40,184 nt of DNA, taken from assembly GCA_002245135.1 (NCBI GenBank), contig NGBS01000351.1:1-40184 (forward strand), read 5' to 3'. The DNA is from Proteromonas lacertae (Eukaryota). Position 1 is the first letter of the stretch. Every line of letters begins with the position of its first letter. The position numbers were made by a program, and so were the translations under genes. This document shows positions 11,902 through 24,105 of this stretch, piece by piece. The notes beneath the pieces were generated by a model. It was given only the letters and a program-made list of their open reading frames with translations, did no database searches and was not told the origin of the DNA.

Positions 11902-14550
11902 TTATACATATTTTTCACAGATTATTTTAATTATCCTATCAGAATCCTCGTTATATAAATTGATAATTTTATTCTTCAATAATTCTAAAACTTCATTATC
12001 CTTCAGTACTTGTATTGAATCATTGAGCATTAGTGACAATATTATATATATTACAAAATAACCACAACAGAAATCGCTGTATTGACAGCTCAAATTATAC
12101 TTATTAATATTTGTATATTGTATGTTTAATTTTTTGTAGATAAAATCAGATGTATCATCAATTAAATGATTACCAGTACTATCAAAATGGGTTATTTTGT
12201 TTCTATTCCTGTTGATCAAGACACTCCAGTGATTTTTGTAACAAATTGGTATATATGTATATTTGTTTATATTTATTTTAATAGAACTGTAAAATATATA
12301 GGGATCCATAACCTCGTCAACTTTAAATATGTGCATAATTTTATTAAAATTAGTTACAGTAAGTTGTATATTTTGAAATTGTATAAAATTATTTAATATT
12401 ATAGCTTTGTTATTAGGAACAACAGATGTATCATTAATTTGTTTTTTGTTATCCACAAAAACGGAAGTAGAACATTCATTTTCTATTAATATTGAATTTT
12501 TATTAATTCTTTTTTTAGGTTTATATGACTCTGATGGAGATTTAACTCTTGGAGGAATTTTAATGGTTCTTCTGGTGATTTCATTATTTATGTAATTTAA
12601 TATAGTATCATTTATAATTGTTGCTGGTGATGAAAGTAGGTATATATATGTTATAATCTTTATTTTTATAGAATGATTTAATGTATTATATTTGTTTTGC
12701 AAAAAGTACATATAACTATTGTTGTCCAATTCATTACGTAAAGATGATATCAATTTATCATTTACAGATTCTATAGTTTCTTGACAAATATCTTCCAGCA
12801 TTGTTGACTTATAAATCTTTTGTACAATAGCTAGTATTTTTTTATAGCTATCAGTATAAGTAATATTATTAGAGTTAATAGGCTTATCACATAACTCAAC
12901 TGAATCATCAACTGCATCATCACTTCTATCATCATCATCTTCTGTAGTATTTGTTATATTTTCTATTTCTTTAGGATAAATGAAATTTATATAATAATCA
13001 GTTTTTTGTTTATTATCTAAATAGAAAGAAGTAAAACATTCATTTGCTATTAATGTTTTATGCATATCGTATTTGATATTTATATAAATCATGTGACTAC
13101 AGGGAATACCAGTAAATTCCCTGTAATGGCATGAACAGAATAATAGATTATCATTTAAGGTAACAGTATATGTATTATTAATAATATAAATATTATTATT
13201 ATTATATACTTCATAGTTTTCAGTAGCTAATAAAATCAACTGTTTTTGTAAATTTTCGTTGCATTCAGGCCATAGAATATCATCATTAGTATTTTTATTT
13301 ATATTCTGAATAGATATTGTTTCTTCTATTCTTCGTTTTTGTGTTTGGTATATATCTTCAATAGCTATTAGTACTGTATCTTCTCTTGATCTTCTTTTTT
13401 TCAATTTATTCTTTATGATGTTGTTGTACGATTCCAACATACTAGTGGAGTGACATCCAAAAATTCCAAACTCCATTACCCCCTCCTTGTTGAAGTATTT
13501 CTGGTCGTTTTCATTTATATTTTTAAGTATTTCATCTCTACATTGGGGATGTTTAATAAATTTATACAATATCTTTTTTATTCTTTCATCTTTAATATAT
13601 ATATAAAGATGATATATGTCATTCACAAATTTAATTCCTAAAGATTTTAATGAATATACAACAGCTGCTTCATGATCGTGAATTATATATTTTATATTAT
13701 TATACTGATTTAAATGTTGATAGATGAAAGTGTAAGTATCTTTATCCCTTTTATTAGTTATGGCAAAAGCCACTAAAAGTATCAATTTAGGGGAAATTTG
13801 GGAGTAAACTAGATACAATTGATTATTATTTAAGAATACCCCAAAAGTCCCATCCGCCAAAAGAGTATTATAGGTATAGAGTATTCTTTTATCTAATATA
13901 ACCAATAAAGCATTCTTATTCTCGTAGTAGGTATATTTATCTTTGATGATATTATATAGATTATATAGACCATCTATTTCATTTCTCATTTCGCCTTTTA
14001 TTCTCCTAATTACATATTCAATTTTCTTCAATACACTTTCACTTACATTATAATTTTCCTTCACTACCTTAATTATTTCTGGAGATGACGATTTAATATT
14101 GCGAACCAAACTTTCCACTAAATCTTTTATTTCATTTGTTAATATATTTATTTTTTTGTAATTATTTAACCTAATAAGTGGATGATTATGTGGATATAAT
14201 TTAACTTGTACAAAATAACGATTGTAATGAGCGATTACACGAAAAGAACATCCACTATAATGACATTTAAATGTAATTTTCTTATTTGAAGCTTGATCTT
14301 GTCTTTTAGCTTCAATTTTTATATTGTACTGCTCTGCATACACATGAATTAAGAAATATAAATCATCAACCGATTTAAATTTAAACATAAAAATTGATTC
14401 TGATATAGGTGAAAAAGAATCCAACGGTGGATATTTGTTGCATATTCTCTTCAAATCCTTTTTTCTTCCATCAACAATGGAATGAGTTGAATCTTTATTT
14501 AATTTATATAGGATTTTTACAAATCCATTTTCAATACTTACATGATTCAT
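11902..14550 (-). CDS. MULE DDE transposase with WRKY/FAR1-like N-terminal domain, SWIM zinc finger and C-terminal Ulp1 (C48)-like protease
   Basis: KCHYSGCSF...HNH; LADGTF, IHDHE, NDIYH, MLESYN (D-D-[C/D]xxH-E); CSC...GIPCSH; PICYKNHWSV...HFDS...QYSDFCCGYFV. Confidence 0.92.
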   Translation of the reverse strand: MNHVSIENGFVKILYKLNKDSTHSIVDGRKKDLKRICNKYPPLDSFSPISESIFMFKFKSVDDLYFLIHVYAEQYNIKIEAKRQDQASNKKITFKCHYSGCSFRVIAHYNRYFVQVKLYPHNHPLIRLNNYKKINILTNEIKDLVESLVRNIKSSSPEIIKVVKENYNVSESVLKKIEYVIRRIKGEMRNEIDGLYNLYNIIKDKYTYYENKNALLVILDKRILYTYNTLLADGTFGVFLNNNQLYLVYSQISPKLILLVAFAITNKRDKDTYTFIYQHLNQYNNIKYIIHDHEAAVVYSLKSLGIKFVNDIYHLYIYIKDERIKKILYKFIKHPQCRDEILKNINENDQKYFNKEGVMEFGIFGCHSTSMLESYNNIIKNKLKKRRSREDTVLIAIEDIYQTQKRRIEETISIQNINKNTNDDILWPECNENLQKQLILLATENYEVYNNNNIYIINNTYTVTLNDNLLFCSCHYREFTGIPCSHMIYINIKYDMHKTLIANECFTSFYLDNKQKTDYYINFIYPKEIENITNTTEDDDDRSDDAVDDSVELCDKPINSNNITYTDSYKKILAIVQKIYKSTMLEDICQETIESVNDKLISSLRNELDNNSYMYFLQNKYNTLNHSIKIKIITYIYLLSSPATIINDTILNYINNEITRRTIKIPPRVKSPSESYKPKKRINKNSILIENECSTSVFVDNKKQINDTSVVPNNKAIILNNFIQFQNIQLTVTNFNKIMHIFKVDEVMDPYIFYSSIKININKYTYIPICYKNHWSVLINRNRNKITHFDSTGNHLIDDTSDFIYKKLNIQYTNINKYNLSCQYSDFCCGYFVIYIILSLMLNDSIQVLKDNEVLELLKNKIINLYNEDSDRIIKIICEKYV

Positions 14551-17500
14551 ACAGCAAAATATTAATTACAAGAGATGTGAGGATAGTACAAAAAACAAAA
14601 TAGAAAGATTCAGTAACGGATATTTTTCATTTTAAAATAACAGTTTAAAATGGTTATTGTATAATGTATATATAATTGAGTATAATATATAGAATGAAAT
14701 GAGTACAAAATCGAAGATTAGAAAGAATTATGTTAATTTGTTCTAAATCGAAGTAAATTGATAGTTAATATTACGTTGTTATTGAGTATTTCGTAATCTC
14801 TTCTAATCTTAACGATCTAGATAATTTCTTGTATTACTTGTATTTTTATAGTTTAAATTAAATAATTAAAACTTATAAATGTCAAATGATTATTAAAATT
14901 GAATTTTCTCTTCGCATACAAAGAGCGAGTTCAAAATTTAAATAAATTCAAATTTGATCAAGCCAAAGCTTGTGTCAATATTTCTTTTTTTGAATTTTCT
15001 CTTGAACTATCAAAATAATTAGATTTAAAACTGGAGGTCCAGTGTACACATATTATGTACAATAGATTTATGTACAAAATTCTAATGATGTTTTTAATGA
15101 TTAACATTGATGTTGTCCAAATTCAACACGCATTTCAGAATAGTTTAATTTAATTACAAAAGTCAATGAAATTTTAATATTAGCTCTGTAAAGTGGCTGG
15201 AAGTACCGAGTTCAAATTTTGAACTCGAGTCCAATTCGCAACTTTCCGGCCATTTGTCAACCAGACACTTTTAAAACAAACTTAATGTATTTTCTTACTT
15301 ATCTTGATGAAAAATTGTTACTTTTATACTTACTTTGTTATATGACCTACCTCTGCAGTATACTTTTTTGTTAATATAAATAGTTTGAATATTTTCACCG
15401 TTTGTTTTCTAGAAATTTTTGAAGCAAACTAAATGCATAATTAGCTAATATAGACAAAAATACATTAGCTGAAATGATTAGAATATAATAATTATCAAAT
15501 CTTTATATATAGAAAAAGAAATGTAAAAAATAGGCTTGAGTGAGGCTTGATTCTATATTTTCTATTTTCATTTTAAATGTCTTATGATCAACATTAAGTT
15601 ATTCTAATCATTTCAGCTAATGTATTTTAGCATATATTAGCTAAATATGCATTTAGTTTGCTTCAAAAATTTCTAGAAAACAAACGGTGAAAATATTCAA
15701 ACTATTTATATTAACAAAAAAATATACTGCAGAGGTAGGTCATATAACAAAGTAAGTATAAAAGTAACAATTTTTCATCAAGATAAGTAAGAAAATACAT
15801 TAAGTTTGTTTTATAAGTGTCTGGTTGACAAATGGCTAACTATGACAAACGGCGCACAACATAACTAATAATCAATATTCAGATAATAATAATAATAATA
15901 TAAATAATCAATATTCAGATAATGATAATTTAGATGATATATATACTAACTATGAGGATAATGATATTATTTACCATGGTTTTTATGATAATGTAAATAA
16001 CTGTTCATATGATGATAATAATATTAATACTTTAACAGATGGAGATCTTTTTCAAATTTATTTATTGGATTTTTTCTTATCTAATGGAATAAGTCAAGCT
16101 AAGTGTAATACATTTCTAAATAAATTAAATAGTATTGTATCATTAAAAATTCTTAATATCAAATCAAATATCAAATCGTTATCTAAGCATGTTAAGAACT
16201 TAATAAATTATAAAAAACCTTCATCCACTTATACTTCAATTAAAAATTCTCTAATAAAAATGATTAAAAAGAAAATAATAATAAATCCGTTGGTATGTAA
16301 TGGTGAAAAATACAAACATTTTACCACATCTAATAATTATAATCTATTATATTCTAATGATATTAATCAAACTTACAATCATATATGTATACAAATCTCT
16401 TACGATGGTGTATGCTTGTCACCATTTTCTAGTGTAAATAAATCAGTAAATATATTATCTTATAAAGTCATGCATGTGTATAATGATTCTCGTCTTGTTG
16501 AGATTATAGCAGTTGATGATGATAAAGTAACTAAAGAAAGAAATATAGATTTACTTGTTAAGGAACTGAATTATCTATATTATACAGGATTTGTATTAGA
16601 TGGAGAATTCTATAATATCTATCCTTTGTCATTCTGTAATGATATGGTTGCAAACATTAAACTATTCGGATTATTTAATTACATTACTTCAAACAAGTTT
16701 TGTCGGACATGTGATGCAGGATATAGAGATATTAAAGAAAAATATTTAATAAATAAACAATTAAAAACACTTAGAGTAAAAGATACAATGAGAGCGTATA
16801 GAAAGGAAGATTGGAACAAATATAATAACGAATATGGCTATAAAGAACATAAATTGTGGAAATTGTATAATAATTATACCTATACAAAATATCTTTTGGA
16901 TAACAATTGTAGTTTAAGTCCTTTCTTTACAGATCTATATACCTGATTTCCATACAAAAATTACACCAACTATTCACCAACTAGATCTTAAAAATATATC
17001 AAAGTACAATTTAGTACAGCAATTGAATATTTTTCTTGATCTTTTCCCATTATTGCTACTAACAAAATATAGATATAATAAAATATACCATTCATTGTTT
17101 AGATTAATAGATGTTATGAATAATGTACTCTTTTATGAGTTTAGTGATTGTACTACAGAACAACTTTACAGTGTATTGATGGATTGTCTGATTATTCTTG
17201 AATTTAATTATAAAGACTTTACTCCACCTAATGCTCTGAGTTTTTAAAATAAATCTGAAATATACCTAATGATGTTTTTATCCTTTTCTTGCATTTTCTT
17301 TAATTTAGATTAGAATTGAAATTCTGTAGTAGAAAATACTCATAAATTATTATCTATCAGTATACTACCATTTTATTTTCATGTTTCTCGTTTGACAGTA
17401 CCGCCATTATCACCATTTAACTAATTGGCTTATGTTTTCGTATATTTATACTCACCAATCTGAACATAATTATTAGTTAAATATATCTAATCTTCTGATT

Positions 17501-18685
17501 GTGAATTTCCTACTTTTGTTTCTGTTTTTTGGCGATTTATGAATTTATATTCGTTATAGTAAATGACAATACACTTAAAACGTTGTATTTTTGTATTAAC
17601 TATATCATGTTTTATCTCTGCATATTCTATTATTTTGAGTGAATTTATATAATCTACATAATTTATTTTAAACAATAAATAGATTCTTTTACATTTTATA
17701 CTTCTTACATCTCTTTCAATTTTGAATTTCTCTGATTTCCATTAGAACAATAAAACAAAATATGCAAAACAATTAACACATGTTGTTAACTAATAAAACC
17801 ATTTAAGTGCATCCTTTTAATGAAATCGAAAATCTTCAAATTAAAAATTAATTGAACAACACAATTTACTATTTATAAAGATTTTGCACAATGGGTTAAA
17901 GTGAATGACATTATAAAATTATATGATTCCTAAAGGGCAAAAAAACGCTCATTAAACTGTAGATTGTTTATAGAATGTACTTTTTATAATAAAAATTCAT
18001 TATAACTGTGTATCTCAGCAACTCTTAATAGTTTTTATGGTTATAAAACTTCTGATTAAAAAATGTCAAAAATTAATTTTTGCTATTTTATGCTCATTTG
18101 AAACTAGGACATGACATCAGTAAGTATACAAAATTTTATTTTCAAACTCAAACTACAACATAACGAAAAAACGAAAAGAAAAAAGTATAAAAGTGAAAAT
18201 TAGACAAGCCCAATTTGAGCCAAGTATGTAAGTCCTATTTGCAAAATAGTTTTGAATTCTCATAGTGATGGTTTAACAGATGGTAGTCATTCCTATCCAA
18301 AGTATCTTGATGTTTGATAGCAATTAACTTTTCATAATTAATTTAGCATGTTAAACATTGATGAATTGCACTGAGGTTGATTTTTTTCTTTGTTTACTTT
18401 TTGTTATCATATAATTTTATTTCAAAAATGGCAATAAATTTATAAAATGTTAAGCGTTTTAACATAATGGTTTTTCTTCTCTCCTCTTCTAGATCAATCC
18501 ATTTTCTAGGGAGTATGTTAGGTTTATATTTATAACCTACTTCTGTTTATTATTGAACAAAAAATAAAAGTTATGGCGAAAATTTAAACCTAGGATTGAA
18601 AAAAAATTCCCATAAACTATTTCTATAAGGTTTCTTATAACAATAATTAGCTTGTTAAATAAAACAGAAAAATAATGGGAATAAT

Positions 18686-21035
18686 TTAAATCTTTGAGAT
18701 TGATCTTTCTAATTTTATCTTATTTGCTCTTAACAAAGCAAGATCCTTCTTAAGTGCAAATCTATTAATAATTTAATTAAAATAACAATACATTTTAGCT
18801 GATGATAATCCAGGAGTTTCAATTTCATTTTGTAAAGAATTCATTTTCTCTTCAATTCCTTTTATTTTATTAATTACTTTACTATTGTCTCTTTCAGGTA
18901 GTTCATATTTCAAATTGTTGATTATTTGTCTTTGTTGTTGTAAATGTTGTGGTTTTTGAATATCGCCTAATCCAAGATTTGTTTTTATTTCCTGATATTT
19001 ATTCTTTAAACCATATAACTCATTTACCTTTTCTTGACTTAATCTATCTTTAATATACTTCTTTATAAACTCACATGGCTTTGATAAATATTCATAATGA
19101 ATCTATTCAATAACAATACAATATAATAATAAATTATACAATCTTTTGTGGATTTCCACTTAACTGTATATTCTGTATACCATCACAAAAGCATATTTCA
19201 TAAGGAAAGTTGTATATATCATTATTCTCAACATTTATAGTATGTACTTTATCAAAACAAATAATTGATTTTGGTATTTCTTTAATATGATTATCATTCA
19301 AATATAAATAATGAATATTGCATAATGATATAAATCCATGAGGTTCTATATACTGTATTTTATTAAACCCTAATTGTACAATTGTTAATTTTTTACATTG
19401 ATATAAGAACAACGGAAAATCTAATAAAAAATTTCTAGTTAAATTGATTGATGTTAAATTCTCATATGCAGGATATATTACATTCAAATTTACTGTAGTA
19501 TAATTACTTAACTGATTATAACTTAAATCTATAATTTCTAATCTTGGCAAAGTTAATAAAACTACTGGAAAATACTGAATATTATTATATTGTAACATCA
19601 CTTTCTTTACATTACTATAATACTGAAAATAATCAGGTATTTCATTTATCAAATTGTTGTTTAATAATATTTCTGTTGATGTTAATATAACTTGTTTCTC
19701 ACGAAATACATCAGGAACAATCTTCAATTTCTGATTTTGATAATCAATTATTCCATTCTGAATAGCATTTCTATATACAATTTCATCAGGTTCAACTTTA
19801 TCTATCTCTTTTTCTAATACTTCAGCTGGTAATCTTGACTTTAAATATTTCTTCAAATTCTCACAACTTCCTAATAATAAGTTTTGTCTGATTCTTTTAA
19901 TAGGATTTCCATCGACAATTATCTTCTGTAAATTATACATTAAACCTAACTCATTTGGTAAATCAGTTATGTCATTGTTACTTATGTCTAATTGATTCAA
20001 TTCTTGGAGAGATGTTATATTAGGTGGTAAAACGGATAATTTATTATCTTTTACACTTAATGTATGTAAATTTGGTATATTCTTTAACATATCTGTATTA
20101 AGCTGTTTTAAATTATTAAAATCTAAGTATAACATCTGTAGATTGTTTGATGATGGAAATTCTGATAATTCATTCAATTGATTTTCTTTTAAATTAATTA
20201 TGATTAAATTCTTCATTTTTGAAAAAGATGGTAAAGATTGAAGTTTGTTATGACATAATTCTATTGTTTCTAGTAATGTTAATTCACTAAATGAATATGG
20301 TAAAGATTGTAATAAATTGTTAGACAAAATCACTTTTGTCAATTTGGTTAATAAACATATTTCATTTGGAAGGACTTTTAATTGATTATAACTTAAATCT
20401 AATACTTCTAAATCACTTAATAGACATATTGAAGGAGTTATTGTATTTACTATTGAGTTATAGGATAGATTTAGTAAATCAAGGTTTTTCAACTCACCAA
20501 TACAATCTGAAACAGTTGTAATTTTGTTACTATTAATGATAATGTTAATAATATTTTTTCAATAGATATATACTGAGATAAATCAAGTGATTTTAAGTCT
20601 GTCAAACAATACAATTGTTCACTAATTGCTGATATTTGATTGAATGATATATTTAATAACACTAATGCAGATAATGCTAAAATTTGATCTGGAATTACTT
20701 TTAATTCGTTTCGACTATGAAATATAGTAAAATTGAACAATAATTTGTATATATACCACATATCTAATTTATGTAAATCGACTATTTCCCACCAATTCTC
20801 TCCCTATTAATAAAATCAATTTACTTACTTCTGATAACTATTAAAAGTATATTAAAAATATGCATTATACATTATCATAAATATGGAAAACATCATCAGG
20901 TATTATAGATAATCCAAGACAAGATATGTTTAATGAACCAGTTTTTCTTGCATTTCTAACTCACAATGCAATATTTGAGATATACACATATAATTTTGGA
21001 GGTACAGGAGGTGGTGGTGGTGGTTTACTTAACAT
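18686..21035 (-). CDS. leucine-rich repeat protein, LRRC40-like (multi-exon)
   Basis: ATG at 21035 (MLSKPPPPPP); exons encode ARKTGSLNISCLGL and GENWWEIVDLHKLD; many LxxLxLxxN repeats; GNPIKRIRQ...LKKYLKSR motif; short GT-AG introns; probable stop at 18686-18688. Confidence 0.82.
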
Positions 21036-21137
21036 AAATTTAAATTTTAAAAATTAAAACTCAAACAATCGTTAAACAATCAATAACTATAATAACAATC
21101 GAAGATTGTGTTTTTGGATTTTTTATTTAATTTTTCA
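21036..21137. promoter_or_regulatory. putative bidirectional promoter (102 bp)
   Basis: Lies between two divergent ATGs; contains AACAATC three times and an inverted GATTGT. Confidence 0.5.
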
Positions 21138-22646
21138 ATGTTATCAAAGTTCTTAACCCCATCAAGAAGAATAATTCGTAGTACATTTAAAGTTGTATTT
21201 GTATTGTTAATTATATCCATATAGAGTCGATCATTTGGTGTAAGAGTTGAAAGCGATTTAATCGGTGAAAAAAGAGTTCCAGAAGATGCATATTATGGCG
21301 TGCAAACCATGAGAGGCATTGAAAATTATAATATAACAGGAGTTAAGCTAAATCACTTTCCAAACTTTATTCGAGCTTTTGCTATGATTAAAAAAGCATG
21401 TGCAGAAGCAAATGGTGAATTGGGAATAATAAAACGTGAGAATAGTGAAGCTATCTGTAAAGCTTGTGATGAAATCTTAGCTGGAAAATATAGAGATCAA
21501 TTTTTAATTGATATGATTCAAGGAGGTGCTGGTACTTCAACAAACATGAATGTCAACGAAGTTATAGCAAATCGTGCATTAGAAATTTTAAAACACGAGA
21601 AAGGAGAATATCAATATTTAAGTCCAAATGATGATGTAAATAAATGTCAATCTACCAACGATACATACCCAAGTGCAGCAAAAATAGGTATAGCCTTAGA
21701 AAACAAGAAATTAGTGAGAGAGTTAAATGCTTTAATTATATCTTTAAAGAACAAAGGAGATGAATTTGAAGATGTAATTAAAATGGGTAGAACACAATTA
21801 CAAGATGCAGTGCCAATGACAATGAAACAGGAGTTCTATGGTTATGCTAGAACCCTTGAAAGTGATTTATCTATCTTAAAGAAAGTATTAGATAAATTAG
21901 TATTTGTCAACTTAGGAGGAACAGCAATTGGTACAAAAACAGCATCTCATCCACAATTCAGTAATACTGTTGTTCCAAAGTTACGAAATATTACAAACTT
22001 ACCTATTGAATTAGCTGATAATTTAGTTGCTGCATCTTCATCCACTGGTACAATGTTATTATTTCACACTGTTATTAGAAGATTGGCTGTAAAAACATCT
22101 CAGATATGTAATGATTTAAGATTAATGTCATCTGGTCCACGATGTGGTTTGAATGAAATTAATCTTCCAGCTATGGCTCCAGGATCTTCTATTATGCCTG
22201 GTAAAGTCAATCCAGTAATTCCAGAAGTAGTCAATCAAACCTGTTTTCAAATAATTGGTGCTGATGAAACTGTTACATTAGCATCTCAAGCTGGACAATT
22301 GGAATTGAATGTCATGGAACCTGTTATTATCTTTAACATATTCCAATCAACTAATATGTTATGCAGAGCTATTAGAACTTTAAGAACAAAATGTGTTGAA
22401 GGAATTACAGCTAATAAAGAGAAGTGTTATGATATGGTTAAGAATTCAATTGGCATTGTTACTTGTTTATTACCATATATTGGATATAAGAACTGTACTC
22501 AAGCAGCTAAGAAAGCATTGAAAGAAAATAAATCTGTTGGTGATGTGTTAGTTGAATTGAACTTCTTGAGCGAGGAAGAAGTAAAGAGTATTTTAAGACC
22601 TGCTCAATTAGTGAAACCTAATTATATTGTTCATGATAAGAAGTAA
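21138..22646 (+). CDS. aspA: aspartate ammonia-lyase (aspartase) with putative mitochondrial/MRO presequence; one 30-nt intron (21195-21224)
   Basis: QGGAGTSTNMN, QSTND, KMGRTQLQDA and GSSIMPGKVNP signatures. Exon 1 MLSKFLTPSRRIIRSTFKV splices to SRSFGVRVESDLIGE...YYGVQT. Confidence 0.93.
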
Positions 22647-22762
22647 TTTATACTATTTCTAAAATATCTGAATTACTTACTTTTTATATTTGTTTATGGG
22701 TTAGAGAAAAAGAGTTGATTTGAAGAGAATTACTATTTTGGGTGTTATTATCACAAAAGAAA

Positions 22763-23113
22763 ATGTTAAGCTTAATCAGCATTAAAGCAAGAATAAACCA
22801 ATTAGTTTTAGTCTCTACAAGATATATTAGCAAAATATCAGGTAATAATAGAAATAACTATCCAGATTACACCAAATCCATAGAAGACCAATATTTCCCC
22901 TCATTTGTAATACAATTATGTATTATATTTTTCATAGGAAGATATAAAACCAATAGTTAACGAAAATACCTTTGAATTAGTATCATTTCTTCGTTTATTG
23001 ACAAATAGGATATTAAAGAGTTTAACAATGAATTAAAGGCATTATTTGGTGATTTGAGTATGACAGATCCATTAACATTTAATACAGTAGAAAATTACAG
23101 ATCCATAGAATAA
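22763..23113 (+). CDS. small (~96 aa) spliced hypothetical protein with presequence-like N-terminus
   Basis: Phase-0 GT-AG introns 22907-22937 (31 nt) and 22980-23008 (29 nt) give a continuous frame to TAA at 23111-23113. Confidence 0.65.
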
Positions 23114-23256
23114 TTATTCAATATTATGTATTATTTAAATTATATAAGCATAATTTAAGCTTCCTTGTTAAGAAACATCATATGAAATGTTTAATCATCT
23201 TCAATTATAATGGGAATTATTTTGTGAATTTTTATTTGAAATTCTATCGATTGCAT

Positions 23257-24105
23257 GGGATCTTGTGTTTTGGTTGTCCACTCAAAATTTGGACACCCTA
23301 TTTCTAGAGGTGTTTCAACCTCAATACTCATATTTATCTTACTATTATCATAAAACTAAGCGTTTCTGAACTTATCTTTGTATTTCGTTAACTTTCAATT
23401 CACACATTATGACATTATTTTTAAAATTTGAGCACCTCATGGTCCAGACTATAGAGCATAATAACTGCATCTTGGATCTCCAATTTTTATTTATATATTA
23501 TGCTTATTGAATGAGAGTGCTCAAAAAATAACAAGAATAGACACAAACATAAGTTTGATCATTTTTTCAATTTTTATTTTTTCAGCACCTGCCTCCTATA
23601 GGAAGTAAGGGCTCAATATAATAATATATTATGTGTATATGATGATTATTAAACTTATTTATTTAATTATATTAGTCTAATTTTCGTAATCTAGCTATTT
23701 CCTTAATTATTTATAATTGATTTATAGCATAATAAAATGGGGAAGTTTGAGTTTAGACGCGTGTTCAAAATTTGAACTCGCCTAATCTAGTTAGAGTTAG
23801 AGTTTGACTCTAATATTTTATATTACTTGACTATAATTGCTTAATTAAGAGATTCTGAGAAAATGGTAGGGATAGCACAACTTTTTTTGGTCTAATTTCA
23901 CGATCTTTTAATGATTTGAGCATTTTTGATCCCAACCTATTGTACATAATAACTGTACACAGGATCTCCAGTTTTTTTATTAAATATCTTACTATTAGAT
24001 GAGAATGCTCAAAATATAATGTGTGATAACACAAGCTCGGCTTGAATATTTTTTTATATTTTATAAAATTTGAACACCTGCCTCCTATAGGAAGCTAGGG
24101 CTTAT
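23257..24105. mobile_element. two solo, diverged MULE-like TIR relics (starting ~23257 and ~23739)
   Basis: GGGGAAGTTTGAGTTTAGACGCGTGTTCAAAATTTGAACTCG resembles the 10273 TIR; ACACAAGCTCGGCTTGA matches ~10546; CACCTGCCTCCTATAGGAAG is shared at ~23586 and ~24074. Confidence 0.6.

Larger units (their letters stand above)
10273..15247 (-). mobile_element. apparently intact Mutator-like element (MULE), ~600-bp TIRs, 9-bp TSD GGCCATTTG
   Basis: GGAAAGTTGCGAATTGG...CCAATTCGCAACTTTCC; TIRs ~10273-10878 and ~14643-15247 nearly identical; TSD at 10264-10272 and 15248-15256. Confidence 0.95.
10240..15861. mobile_element. ~638-bp fold-back MITE (TGTTGTGCGCCGTTTGTCATAG ends), 5-bp TSD TAACT, carrying a nested MULE
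   Basis: TAACT at 10235-10239 and 15862-15866; pieces 10240-10272 and 15257-15861 rejoin into a palindromic element. Confidence 0.93.
8570..17247 (+). pseudogene. CACTA/EnSpm (CMC)-like transposase gene interrupted by two MITE insertions (pieces 8570-8923, 9550-10239, 15867-16946, relic to 17247)
   Basis: Removing each MITE plus one TSD fuses the pieces in frame (~707 aa). The distal part has QISYDGV, LVKELNYLYYTG, CNDMVA and FCRTC, typical of Tnp2/EnSpm-like transposases. Confidence 0.7.

Noticed and set aside
12166..14603. Short plus-strand ORFs inside the MULE, and similar shadow ORFs at 29917-30459, 36221-37150, 39185-39469 and 39790-40020
   Set aside because: Antisense or alternate-frame shadows of real genes with no motifs.
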